DNA of 64,000 nucleotides, from the NCBI GenBank assembly GCA_020891255.1, contig BQFW01000007.1, positions 1,178,001-1,242,000 of the forward strand. The letters run 5' to 3'. A model generated the notes under the pieces. The model was given only the letters and a program-made list of their open reading frames with translations. It was not told the DNA's origin and made no database searches. This document shows, piece after piece, positions 25,303-37,513 of this stretch (its first letter is position 1; every line of letters begins with the position of its first letter). Made by a program: the position numbers and the translations under genes. The DNA comes from Entomortierella parvispora E1425. Its lineage: Eukaryota > Fungi > Mortierellomycota.

Positions 25303-27945
25303 CTAATCCAGCTTGACGTTGCGATATATCCTCATAATGAACTTGTTGGCTGCGAAATGGCCGACAGATCCGAGCATCAAAAAGATGGCCATGCACGCCA
25401 AAGCCGTGTTGCCAAAGTAGAAGCTCGTCTGGAAGAGACCATACATTCTACAATGGAAAACAAAGAGATAAAGGTTAGCATGCTGTCGTTACGAACAACT
25501 GACCCCTCCCATCCCCTTTCTCTCCCATCTTGATACTAGATAACTTACTTTGTCTTTTGCATAAAGTAGTACACAGCATAGATGTACACATAAGCTGCTG
25601 TCGATCCACAGGTTGCCATGCTCATCCAGTGCCACCTGTAGTCCTCTGTATTGATTACAAAGTATGTGCTCACGACAGTGACCGAAGCCGTCACAAGCAT
25701 CACGATACCAAAGACCAACAATCCAAAGCCATAGACGTAGTAGACCTTGTAGCTCCAGAAGGACGTGAACAAGAAGTAAATTTCAATGAAGATGGATGCG
25801 AAGGGCAGAATACCCCCAAGCGCAATGACCACAATTGGCTCCGCGTACCAAATCTTTTCAGGAATGGGGCGTGGAATTGGGTGCACTCTGCAAGGGAAGT
25901 CTGCCTTTCCAGCATAGTTCTTTCCGATAAGAGTTCCGACAAATGTCAGCTACGAAGCAGCAAATCAAAGTAGTAGATTTGTTAGTATGAAGCTTCAAGC
26001 TGAAAGTCATTTCTTCTTCTACAGTTCGCAAGAAATTCATACTGGCAGAACAATAAAAATCCAGATGGCCAAAAGAGCAACCATCGTTCCAAAAGGGATA
26101 GCACGAGAACTGGTGTAGTAAATCGCCACGGCATTGTTCAAACCCGTCACTAGGACAACAGCACCAGGCCAGAATGCAGCTGTCAAAAACATGGCGCGAA
26201 CCCAGTCCCGTCCGCCATATTGAGAATACTGACTCGAGCTGGAGTATCCAGAAATCATCGAAGTAAAGGCATAGATGAAAATGGTTGCGGTCATAATACT
26301 GGCTCGTTCTGTCCATTCCTGTCCAAAGATAGTATAGAGTATCACAAAGAACGATGTCCATGCGAGCTGGTGTCCTGTACCGACAAAGGCAGCAAACGTC
26401 ATTGGGTTTGCTGGCGGTCTGAACACATCGCCGTGGATCTGCTTCCAGCCATAGTCGTCGCCTAGGTCATGGTCCTGTCGTTTATCAAGAAAATAACAGA
26501 TGAATGTTAACTGATAGGTAAGAATTGTTGCATGGCAAGCCTTAAGATGTAGATCTTCGAACAACAAAGAAATCATACAAAGTCATTCAGTCCAGTTTCC
26601 TTGTCATATCTGGCAAAATCCCTCCTGAGATGGCGGATCCACATTGCGCTCACGAATCCAGTCAGGAACAGCACCATCATGAGCGAATTGAAGATTGAGA
26701 ACCAGTGAATCTAGCCCAATATGGCGGAACGAAAGCTGGTTTAGTCGTGATCGTGTCATCTATTGCACACGTCCACATGCGACAAGCTCCCACCTTGTTT
26801 TCAAAGAAATCAGAGTCCAAATACCGTTCAAATCTCGATTTGAATGGCGTTTGAGTCTCTTGCCAGGTTACAGAGTATGTAAACTCTACATTCATGCCAT
26901 TCTGACTACTGACCAACTCCACAGGTGACTCAGCCTTGACTCTGGCAGAAATAACCTGGTTCCCATTATACTCGAATTCAAATCGCTGGTGTGTGAAAAG
27001 AGAGACGCGTCCTGTTGTATCATCCTTGACTCCAACCATTCCTATTGAGTAGCAAGCAGTATCAGGGTCAGGACATTTGCCTTTGTTCTCCAAAACTTCA
27101 AAATCTATCGCCTGCAGCCATTCACGGCTCTTACCCCAGACAGGAAGGTCATCGATGAAGTACTGAAACCAGTAATCGTGCGAAATTGCATAAGAGAAGG
27201 TCTTGATTTCCTGGGATGTCAATGTGAATTCGGGGCAAATTGGCAGCACTACCTGGTTCTCTATAAGATGAAAGTCGATGGTTCGTACATCATGGTGATG
27301 AAGGACAAAAGTGTCGGTAAGCAAAGCCCGCGCGCCTTTTCCTCGCTATAAATAAACGGCGGCGGTAGCAAACACAAAGCAAAAAAAGAGAATTGCTCAA
27401 CGTACGTGGAAACTTGATGGGAATGCCTGAGTTGATGAGCTCCATACCCAAGAGTGCCTCACCCAAGGTCTCATGGCGATGTTCTACTTTTCCTTTTCCT
27501 TTACAGTATGGAAGCTGAAAGTATTCGTACGTTTCCTGGCGATTGCTAATTAGAGGAAACGAAAGAATAAATAAACGTGTCAGAGCTCTGGAAGTAAAAT
27601 TAAAAAAAGCCGACACCCAACTCTTGACTGGGTTCACTTCCTCTCCTGTGGATCGTATTACTCCTGCTGCCGCGCTTGTCCTATAAACTTACCTCAAGGG
27701 ACCGACCGAGTTTGCCCACACAACAACATCCTCAGCTGCCGTATACTACTCGAATGAAAAGAGGCAGCCGTAAAGGAGGTCAGCTTTCAAATTAGAGACG
27801 CAATGCCCTCCAGCCTGCAGAATCTGTGATTCAATCGCGCTACCTTATGGCTATGCTCGTCTGCTGCGACATTGATAACAGCAAGAGCCGAGACGAGTGC
27901 TGCGGACAAGAATCCTTTGATGGCCCAGCCGTTAGCGCGTCTCAT
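25303..27945 (-). CDS. TM9SF3: Transmembrane 9 superfamily protein (TM9SF3/EMP70 family), multi-exon
   Basis: Signal peptide [30 protein letters not shown], then [72 protein letters not shown] and [12 protein letters not shown]...NVKLD stop. Confidence 0.95.
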
Positions 27946-28107
27946 GGGTGCAATGTATTATCTGTTCCTGAATGGAATGAAAGAATCCTGCTCTCTCCTT
28001 GTGATGTCCGAAAGGAGTATGTATCCAATGGCGGGTGCTGCAATAATGGTTGACAGTCGACGATAACCGAGATCGCTGAGATGACGAGAGTAGCAAAGGA
28101 GGATGGA

Positions 28108-28179
28108 TGGAGAGGGTGGAGAGGGTGGAGAGGGTGGAGAGGGTGGAGAGGGTGGAGAGGGTGGAGAGGGTGGAGAGGG
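28108..28179 (+). repeat. Minisatellite (TGGAGAGGG)x8
   Basis: Eight perfect 9-bp units, read directly from the sequence. Confidence 0.95.
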
Positions 28180-28333
28180 GTGGAAGAACGAATGGAATGG
28201 AATCTATTGCGCCCAAAGAAGGCTGGTGACTGTGCTTCTGATACCATCTTCGTTCGCCAAAGGAGACGACCTGCATTCCACGCCATCAAAGAAGCGGCCA
28301 ATTCTCTCTCTCTGTCTCTCTCTATGTCTCTCT

Positions 28334-28430
28334 CTCTCTTCACTCGCACTCCTTTCTTTCTTGTCTCTCTTCACTCGCACTCTTTTCTTTCTTGTCTCTC
28401 TTCACTCGCACTCTTTTCTTTCTTCTCTCT
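28334..28430 (+). repeat. 31-bp tandem repeat x3 (CACTCGCACTCYTTTCTTTCTTGTCTCTCTT)
   Basis: CACTCGCAC recurs at 28341, 28372 and 28403. Confidence 0.9.
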
Positions 28431-28825
28431 CTTCTCTCTCTCTCCTTACATCCTGAGCTACACAATCCTACGCGCTCAATGTCCATACACCCCTGGGTGT
28501 AAAAGGCTATCTAGACAACTGTTGTAGGAAGGAAGAAGGTGCTTATTCAAAAGAACTTGTCCTCTAGCGCAGGGCGTTGCACCACACTCAAGGTTCAGAA
28601 TCATCAGCAAGTGAACTGTTCAAGGACAATCGGCATCGCAGGACAATCAGCATCACGGACCGACAAGCGAGCCTGTCGTGGATCCGCGATTTTTTTTTTT
28701 TTTTTTTTTTTTTTTGGTGGCAATCACCAGAAGAGGCACCTTTTCACTGCATGCAAAAGAAGCATTCTCGTTCAGTTCATTCACTCCATCCTTTTCATTC
28801 TCCCATCTGGATTTCACTCTCTTCC

Positions 28826-29989
28826 ATGAGCGACGAACCCTGGCCCGCTCGTTTTCAGCAAGAGTTTGCTCGCATCCCCGACAACTGCGACGACAAGGAC
28901 TGGCACCCTACCTGGTGCGCTATACTCTCTTCAGTCTTTTCATTCGATGATGGGTATATGATCGCTCCCCAAACCTACTCCGAGGATGGCGATGCCTATG
29001 GTGAAGGCAACCCGGCCTATATTATCCAAAACGAAGAAGGTGTCTATGTCCTTGGACTCGAGATCAGAAAAGCCAGCGACATGGAGTGTATGGAGAAGAG
29101 ACAAAGTGCGGAGAGGGACACCCGCGACAGAATGCGAGATTGCCCGTCGGTTCCACAGTTCCGGATGATTTGCGCCATCGGCATGCATTGTGCCGTCTTT
29201 ACGAAAGATTCTGCCACTGGATCCATCACTCCGGCAAGTGTCCGCTATCATCCGGGCCATGACCACGAATATGCACCCCAGGATTGGTGGAACATTGACA
29301 TCTCGACGGCAGAGGGCAGGACCGCCCTAGGAGCCTACTTTGATGAAGCGAAAATCATGTCCTCTGCCCTCCCACGAAATACCTTCCGTGGCCACGCCAC
29401 TTTGCCAGCAAATAGCCCCGTACCATGGTCTCCCCGACTGCAAATGATCATGGCAACATTATCCTCTGCGAGATCCATTTCAGCGGCTAGCTGGCATCCT
29501 CTCTATTGGGCTTTATTGGCTTCGGTCTTTCCTGTGGATAAAGGCTACAGGATAGTTCCACAGATCTTCCCAGCAGCCCATTGGCAATATGAGTATATCG
29601 AGGATGTCGTTGTACTTGTAGTAGAGAACGAAGGAGGGATTCCGACTATCGGTCTGGAGGCTAGAAGATCAAGAGGAGGCTCTTTTAACAACAGCAACGA
29701 GCGTGCCCTTTTCGATCGGGACCTGCGATCCAGGTTTCGAGTCCTCGCTTCGCCTCTGCCAAAATTTCACTTGGTGAGTGCGATTGGTACCAACTGCTGC
29801 GTGTACACATTTGACCAGGCAGCGCGGTCAATCAGTCCTTCGAAGCTGCCTTCTAAAGGGCCTCATCCAGACTCTGCTCCTCAAAGTCGCTGGAATATCG
29901 ACCTCACGACCTTGGAGGGCAAAATAGCGCTGAAATCCTACCTTTTAGATGCCAAAGAGATGGCTTCTTCGCTTTTTATCAAACAATAA
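28826..29989 (+). CDS. Intronless protein made of two tandem ~180-aa homologous domains, PD-(D/E)xK nuclease-like fold suspected
   Basis: ATG at 28826 (MSDEPWPARF). Repeat halves share WHP..W..L.SVF..D.GY.I.PQ, NE.G....GLE.R, .AIG..C.V.T.D and APQ..WNID..T.EG..AL..Y...AK.M.S.L. Fold assignment is inference. Confidence 0.8.
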   Translation: MSDEPWPARFQQEFARIPDNCDDKDWHPTWCAILSSVFSFDDGYMIAPQTYSEDGDAYGEGNPAYIIQNEEGVYVLGLEIRKASDMECMEKRQSAERDTRDRMRDCPSVPQFRMICAIGMHCAVFTKDSATGSITPASVRYHPGHDHEYAPQDWWNIDISTAEGRTALGAYFDEAKIMSSALPRNTFRGHATLPANSPVPWSPRLQMIMATLSSARSISAASWHPLYWALLASVFPVDKGYRIVPQIFPAAHWQYEYIEDVVVLVVENEGGIPTIGLEARRSRGGSFNNSNERALFDRDLRSRFRVLASPLPKFHLVSAIGTNCCVYTFDQAARSISPSKLPSKGPHPDSAPQSRWNIDLTTLEGKIALKSYLLDAKEMASSLFIKQ

Positions 29990-30111
29990 TGAAGCGTGGT
30001 GCATTGAAAGGTGGCTGTGTGAACTTGAGACTTGTTTGTTCTTGGAATGCATTTCCTCGGTAGCTCCATCTTGCCTTCATCCACCATTGGCTCAATTCAT
30101 CTTTAGCCTCA

Positions 30112-31000
30112 ATGAGTCTTGTCGTCGGCTCCCAAGGCCTCTCCCTTTTGACAGAGTCCAGTCAATGCTCACCTGAAACAAATATCCTTCAGCAAGAAGG
30201 ACAAAAGATCTTCTCGCGTCAACGGAATAATCCTCTTGATCTCCCAGAGATCCTCTTTATGATTGCCGACTTTTTGGATCGTCGCTCCCTTTTCACATGC
30301 CTCTCTGTTTCGCGCACATGGCATCAAACCTTTCTTACCAGGATCTGGCCCTCTCTTCATATCGACATGGACTCTCATAGATGCCCACCTCTGTCAGTCC
30401 TGCAGTTACACGCGACTCTCATCTACTCTCTCTCAGTGGGGAACGATACTTGCCGCAGCAGTGGGAATTTTTTTGTCCACATCTTTCTAGCCTGACCATC
30501 ACTCAGGCCCAAAAACCGAGCCTGGAGGCTCTGGCCTTTATCCGTCGACACCAGCAATCCTTGGTCTTCCTCTCTATAACTTGGCGATCTTCCATAATGC
30601 TGTCGCTCTCACGGAGAATGATATCAGTCATGACGATCGACCCTGGGTCTGTCTGGGGTTGACGGATCTCACGTTTGCACCATCGCTCCTCAATCCAAAG
30701 TCGCAGGCAAAGTTCATGGATCGGGTTGTGAGTCTAGTGCGACTGCAACGGTTGGTTTGTGTGTCGCCTGGCGGCGGCCACCGAGGTCAATCTGTTCGGT
30801 TGACATTAAACAAGGGATTGGATCTACTAAAGTCATTGAAACTGAGGGAATTTGGCCACTGGAGTACATACTCGACAGATGTTTGGGGCAAGCCAGAGGC
30901 ACAATGGGTACTGAAGAACTGGCCTGCTCTCAAGACCCTTATTGGCGTCAAACTGAACACGCGTGCAAAGCATCTATTGAGGCACCTGGTAACTAGTTGA
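30112..31000 (+). pseudogene. F-box/LRR pseudogene with two frame changes and a large internal deletion
   Basis: F-box (PLDLPEILFMIADFLDRRSLFTCLSVSRTWHQTF) in frame 1, FFCPHLSSLTI...IRRHQQSL in a second frame, DDRPWVCLGL...WVLKNWPALKTL in a third. No GT-AG intron restores the frame. Confidence 0.8.
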
Positions 31001-31112
31001 ACAAACAAGACAAGAAATACAAGAACATACAATATTTCGTTCTATGAATGTTTTCATGATGATGATAAATGCTAAAAATGCTAAATGGGATGCTGAAGAA
31101 TATCGTTCACTT

Positions 31113-34100
31113 TTAACGTCTTCCGCCACGTCCTCCACGGCCGCCACCACGACCACCTCTAGATGATCCACCGCCACGTCCACCGCCACCACCGCCTCTT
31201 GAGCTACCACCACGCCCTCCGCCACGCCCTCCCCCGCCACGTCCTCCACCGCCACGACCACCGCCGCGGCCTCCACGGCTGCCACGAACCACGTTGGAAC
31301 CAGCATGGCGACCAGTCTTCTCGCGTCTTGCCTCCTTGGCCAAACGCTCCTTGGCAATGACTGTCGACGACTTGAGCTCTGAGCGAACCTCAGAACCACC
31401 ATGACCGCCACGACCACCACGGCTTCCTCCACGCCCTCCACGTCCAGAAGGTGCACCACCAGCAGCCTCGTTCTCCTTCTCTGCAAATTTGGCTCTCTTG
31501 GCCTTGCGCTCGTAATCGTGAGCCATAGGGTCCAAGGGCTTGGCCTGCTCTTGACGTGTGTGTCTGAACCGCTTCGCTGCCAATGTAGCACGCGACGAGG
31601 GCAACTCCATCTCTCCAGCACGGGGCAGGTTGGTCTTGGTCTTGTGCTGCCAATCTGTGAAACGACCACTCTTGAAAGAAGCCGAGATCTTGTTTCCAGA
31701 CTCAGTGGTAATCAACTTCTTGTTGTCGGCACCGATACCCAATCCCTTGACAAACTTCTTCTTCTTGGCATCCCACTTGACCGTGTTCTTGTTTCTGTTC
31801 ATGGTCTCGCGTTCATCACCGTTCATGTCCATAGTAGCATGCTGAGCCTGCTCCAAGAAAGAGTTGTTGGTGTTGACCATAGAGTATCCACGTTCGGTAT
31901 TGGTATCCTGTTGGGTATGAGACATGTAAAAGTTCTCGTCCTTGAAGGTGGTGGGCTTCTCCTTGACCTCGCCAGGAGTACGTCTCTTGGAAGGACCGAC
32001 AGTGCGCTTGAAGACACCCTCGAGATCGGCCTCCGATGCCTCAGGTCCCAGGTTGGCGACCTGCTCACCGTCTTCGGCGGTTGATGCTTCGCTGGGGAAA
32101 AGGTTCACTGTAAGACCGGCCTTCTTTTGACGGGTCATGGAAATCACCTTGTCCACTACACCACGGCGGGTCTTCATCACGTTTGAGGCCACAGTCGATC
32201 CCTTGATACCACGCTGACCAAACTCAAAGATGGTCTCTGCAGGACGGAAGTTGGATATTGAGGCAATCAAGTTGACACGGTTTTGCTCCTGCTCGTCGAT
32301 CGAATCGGCTAAAAAAAATGAATATGAAGAAATCCAAGTCAGATTGTGAAAGAAAAATAATAAAATGCCAAGAGCCTCCTGATGTAGGTCTGCCGCCAAT
32401 TCTTACCGAACAATGGGTTCAATTCTGCGTACTCGTCCATGTCGACAATTTCCTTTGCGCGCTTGTAACTCTCGACAGCTGCGGAGGGTCGGGACTTGCA
32501 GTACAGCTTATAACCGTTCATGGACACATTCTTCAGTGCTGTAAGGTTGGTATCATCAAAGATGTTGTTCTTGACCCATTCGCTGTCGACCTCGAGCAAG
32601 TGTGTGGGGAGTCCTCCAATGACAATATCCGAGGTATAATCGGGATCCTGCTCCTTGGATGAACCCACAACCATCTTTCTGGCCAAGAACAGCTGCAAGT
32701 CGATCAGGTAGGGAAGTTCCTCAGGGGAGACAAACGAAAAAGCCCAACCTTTCTTTCCTGCTCTGGCAGTACGACCAACACGATGGATAAAGACCTTGGA
32801 GTTGTCTACGAAATCGTAGTTGATGACGTTCTCGAGCACGGGAATATCGATACCACGGGCAGCAACATCCGTCACGACCAAGATGTTGGAATAGCCCTTA
32901 CGGAACCGATCAATCTGAATCTTACGCGCAGCCTGATCCAAAGAACCGTAAATGAACGAGACCTGGTATCCTGCAGTGATTAGAAGGTTGGAAATGTACT
33001 CGACGTGATGCTTGGTCGACACAAAGACAATGGTCTGATGCTCCGTAGCGGCCCCCACAATCTCCTTGGCCACACGCTTGCGCTTTTTTGGGTTTTCCTC
33101 ATCACGCTCAAACTTCACGCCAGTATCCTGAGGCAATTTGATGACATTGCGAAGAACGGTCAACAGGGCTGCTTCCTTGTCCTGTTGTTTCACACTGAAA
33201 AAAGTCATCTCCAGATCCTTGCTAATCTTTGTCTCGACATCCAAACGGACAAGAGTAGGCTCCTGCAAACCGGCCTTGGCGAAATCGACCAGGAGTTTAG
33301 GAAGGGTGGCAGAGAAGAGCAAGGTTTGACGGTTGGGCTGGAGACGGTGCAAGATTTCGTGCAACTGAACCTCGAAACCCATCTCGAACAGGCTATCGAT
33401 CAAAAAAAACAAGCAAAGTTTCGCATTAGTTCAAAGGCTGGGTTCCTGGATTACCTGGATGAAGCATTGACAAGGAATAAACTTACCGATCGGCCTCATC
33501 GAACACAATGTACTGAACACTCTTCAACTCGAGCTCCATCTCGACAATCAAATGCAAGAGACGACCGGGTGTGGCAATCAAACTAGAAGAGTAATTCATG
33601 TTAGGTGACAAAAGCCTCCGTGAATTAACGCCAATAACCTCAGCATCCGACAACCACTTACATATCAGGGTTAGCAGCCAACATGGCGAACTGCTCTTCA
33701 AGCGAATCTCCTCCCACGAGAATACAACTGCGAAGATCCGTATGCTTTCCAAGCTCCTTGCAAACTTTCTGGGTCTGCATTGCCAACTCACGCGATGGCG
33801 ACATGACGATAGCACGAGCTCCGACCTTGGCTGAATGCGACTTGAGCTTCTCCAACATGGGAATCAAGAAGGCAGCTGTCTTTCCTGAACCGGTACGGGC
33901 CATACCCACGACATCTCCTCCCTCCATGATCAATGGAATACATTTGCGCTGAATAGGCGTGGGGACCTTGAATCCCTTGTGAAGAATAGCCTTATAAATA
34001 GGGAAGCTCAGTCCTAAAAGCGAGAAGTGAATATGCTGTGAGCGACTGCGCGAGAACATCGGTCCTACTTGCTTCCAAGAGTTCACGACCACTTACCCAT

Positions 34101-34567
34101 GGACTGAAATCCTCCAGACTTCTTATGCTTCTTGTTGGCAGCCTGTAAAAAAGAAAACGGACTGCATGATGAGTAAAGGTTTGGTTGAAGGTGATAATCT
34201 TCCGACTGGGTGAAAAGCGAGTTGAACTGACCATGTTGGCGTTTGCAATGAACTCTTCCTCTTCCTCAACGTTAGCCTCGCCCATCAAATCGTCCAGGTC
34301 CATGCTAGCAGTGGGTCTTTTCCGGGGAACTAGCGAGGATTCCATATCAACATCCGAGTCGCTCATGGCTACTTCTTCGAAATCAGAGATCTCTTCCTCG
34401 TCCTCGCCCTTTGACTTTCCGCCCTTGCGATAGTGGGACTTTGAGCCGCCGGTCTTCGAGCCCGACTTTGCGCCAGCGCTCGCCTTTCCAGCAGGCTTGG
34501 CCGCGCCAGCACGGGAGGCAGTCCTTGCGCCAGCCTTTGCGGGCCTGGCAGTCTGCTTGGCTACCAT
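31113..34567 (-). CDS. DBP10: ATP-dependent DEAD-box RNA helicase DBP10/DDX54, multi-exon
   Basis: [68 protein letters not shown]; DBP10 C-terminal WDAKKKKF...[13 protein letters not shown]; RGG-rich tail. Confidence 0.96.
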
Positions 34568-34932
34568 TGTATTATGAGGGTGAATGGGATGGGGGGGGGG
34601 GGGGGGGAAGGAAGGGTGTTGATGAAGAAAGAAATGAATGAATGGATGGAAGCAAGTTCTCACATGCAGCCTTGTGGCAAGGTCGAGGCTCAAAAAAAAA
34701 GAAAAAAGTATTGTTTACAGCAACACACCCCCGCTAAACGCAAGTCTTTCTGCTCGCACAATCCGCGTGCAATCCGCTGTTTGCGTTAAGCGAGGGCTCT
34801 TGCTCTTCTCCCAAATCGAGAAACAGGACTGCTTTTCACAAGCCACAGCCTGCAACAGTCCCACATCGCGCTCCCCTGTGAAGAGATCTCCGGCATTCCA
34901 GCATTCCTTCCGCATCACACTCTCCTCCGGTC

Positions 34933-36613
34933 ATGGCATCTCTTGCTCGTATCGCTTTTGCTCGGGCACTTCCCCGTACTACCCCCGCTGCCCTCTCGCC
35001 AAGATGGGCCGCTAGACGCACCTACACAACTCCCGCCACAGGCTCCTCTGGACAGCCCCAGACGCCCCGTAACCTCGCGGCTGAAGCCCTCGCCCAGAAG
35101 ACCGGACAGGCCCCTACTCAGACCCAGGCTACCGCACCCAAGGGAAAGAACAAGCCTTCGAAGATTGAAAAGACCCCCACCAGCCCAGCTGTTTATGCTC
35201 TCTATGGCCTCTTGGGAATCACTGCTGTTGGCTTTGCCTACAACGTCGGTAGGTCATCGTAACACCAGATCGAATACAGGCTGATCATTAGGCTATGTCT
35301 TTCTAACTCTATCTGACTCCATGGACGTGATTCTTGCCTCTCTCTAGGTTGCCCGTACCCCGATGAGGAGGGCGTCCAGGATTCATTGAAGCACCCCGAT
35401 GAGAACTTTTTCAGCGGATACATTCGCCGTGCTCAGGAGCGTTACCAGGCTACTCGTGACAAGATGTCTAACCCCATCTGGGAGAAGCTCTTGCCCGATC
35501 CCCTGCCTGCCCCTTACCAGCAACCCTACACCCTCGTCATCAACTTGGACAACACTTTGATTCACTCTTCCTGGGACAAGGATCGCGGTTGGAGGGTCGC
35601 CAAGCGTCCCGGTGCCGAATACTTCCTCGCCTACCTCTTCCAGCATTACGAGATTGTCATCTTCACCAACCAGAACGCGGATGTACGTTTATTTACAATA
35701 CTGGGACATGTCGCAAAAGGATAATATGGGATAAGCTCTTATCCAGGGACTAATGTTGTTGATACCTTTTTTATGGTTATATCTAGACCGCACTTCGCAT
35801 CCTTGAGAAGCTCGACCCTTACCAATACGCCCCCTACCGTTTGTTCAAGGAGAGCACGCGCTATGTTGATGGAAAGCATGTCAAGGATTTGTCGCATTTG
35901 AACCGTGACTTGTCCAAGGTCATTATCATGGACTCGAACCCTGATTCTTATTCCCTCCAGCCTGAGAACGCTATCGCCATGAAGCCATGGCTGGGCGACC
36001 CCAACGATACTGAGCTGGTCGCCATGATTCCCTTCCTTGAGAGTAAGTCGTAGTACTGCGTCTGGGTTTTGCTATGGCCGTTTGAACATTATGATCGGCT
36101 TGATCACTACAGTGTTTTAATTTATTTATTTTTTGTCTTCAAACAGCTATTGCTTTGACTGAGGTAGAGGATGTCCGTGGTCCTTTGGCCAAGTTCAAGG
36201 GCACCAACATTCCTGTGGAGTTTGCCAAGTGGGAGGAGGAGTTGAAGGAGCAGATGCGTTTGCAGTGGGAGGAGGAGCAGAAGAACAAGAAGGGCAAGGG
36301 ATTCGGTATCTTCCGCGTAGGAGGTCAACAAGCAGAGCAGCCCCCTGTGCCACTCTTTGAGCAGCAGCGCCAGCAGTTCCAGGAGCACTTTAAGCGCACG
36401 CACGAGGCTGTGGAGAAGGAGGCAGCTGAGAACTTGAAGAAGCAGAAGGAGCTCGAGCAGCAATTGAAGCATATGAAGATCTCTGTGTGGGATATCTTCA
36501 CCAAGGGAGGCCCTGATCCGGAGGCCTTGCAGGCTGCACTCGCAGAGCAGGAGGCCAAGGCCAAGGCTGCTGCTGCCACTGCTGCTGAATCTGCGCCAGC
36601 AGCCAGCCAATAG
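34933..36613 (+). CDS. TIM50: Mitochondrial import inner membrane translocase subunit TIM50, multi-exon
   Basis: Arg-rich presequence, one TM segment, [82 protein letters not shown]. Confidence 0.95.
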
Positions 36614-36805
36614 AGGATAATTGTAATTTTGTATTCATGCAGTAAACCATTCAATCTACAATACGTGGGGAACGAAGGACGGGTTACCGAAAAAGAAGGA
36701 CATTGTGGGGAACAACAGTGATGCATGCAGTGTCTCTGTGATGCGATGTGTTAGTTGTCTCGACAGTGCTGACGGCGAACAGCGGACAGCCAACCGCCAG
36801 AAAAT

Positions 36806-36860
36806 AGAAGCCAGAAAAGAAGCCAGAAAAGAAGCCAGAAAAGAAGCCAGAAAAGAAGCA
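36806..36860 (+). repeat. 12-bp tandem repeat (AGAAGCCAGAAA)x4 plus partial unit
   Basis: Read directly; intergenic between TIM50 and the amino-acid transporter. Confidence 0.9.
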
Positions 36861-37513
36861 AAAAGAACCTGCGCCCCAGACCAGACCAGGCCCCTCTGGC
36901 AGCAGCTGCAGTTGAAGCAGCTGCAGTAATCATGGAAATAGACTCCGCGCTACCCTGGATGCAATTGACAATTGAATACACGATTGACTAGACAGCAACC
37001 CTAACGCGCCAGTGAAGATTGTAACGTCATGGTCGTGCCCAGTGCCCAGTGCCCAGCCTGTTTGTTCCTTGCTTTGTTCCTTCAGACTTTCAGTCACGCT
37101 TGCTCGCTCGTTTCGGCCAGGAACCAGCAAAAGAGGAAACACAAGGAAGCAAGCTAGCTGGGGAAGGGTCACCCTCTCCATTGTCTCATCCCTCATCTGC
37201 ATTCTTTTTCTTCTCTTCTTTTTCTCATCCCTTCTTTCTCATCGCAGCTATTTCTTTTTCTTTCCTTTGCTTTATTCTCTCACTCCTCATCACCCTCCAT
37301 CTCTTTTTTTGGGTTCCACAGAAACAACGGACACAATCCTTGGAAGAGAACTTTATTGCATCGGCATTCAACCCCTCGACCCACCGAACAGGAGAAATAC
37401 ACTACATCTCCCACCCCGCCCCATTCAGCCCTCCTTTCCCTCAAGTGCCTATTTTTACAACAAGAAAAAGACCTGCACCAGCAACCTCTAGACGAACATT
37501 TCACCCTTGCAAC

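Noticed and set aside
31401-32084. 227-aa plus-strand ORF (also 4523-5311, 8864-9469, 33005-33586)
   Set aside because: Antisense shadows of well-supported genes on the opposite strand.
28108-36860. Tandem repeats (9, 31 and 12 bp) as CRISPR-like arrays
   Set aside because: Head-to-tail units without unique spacers, eukaryotic context, no cas genes.
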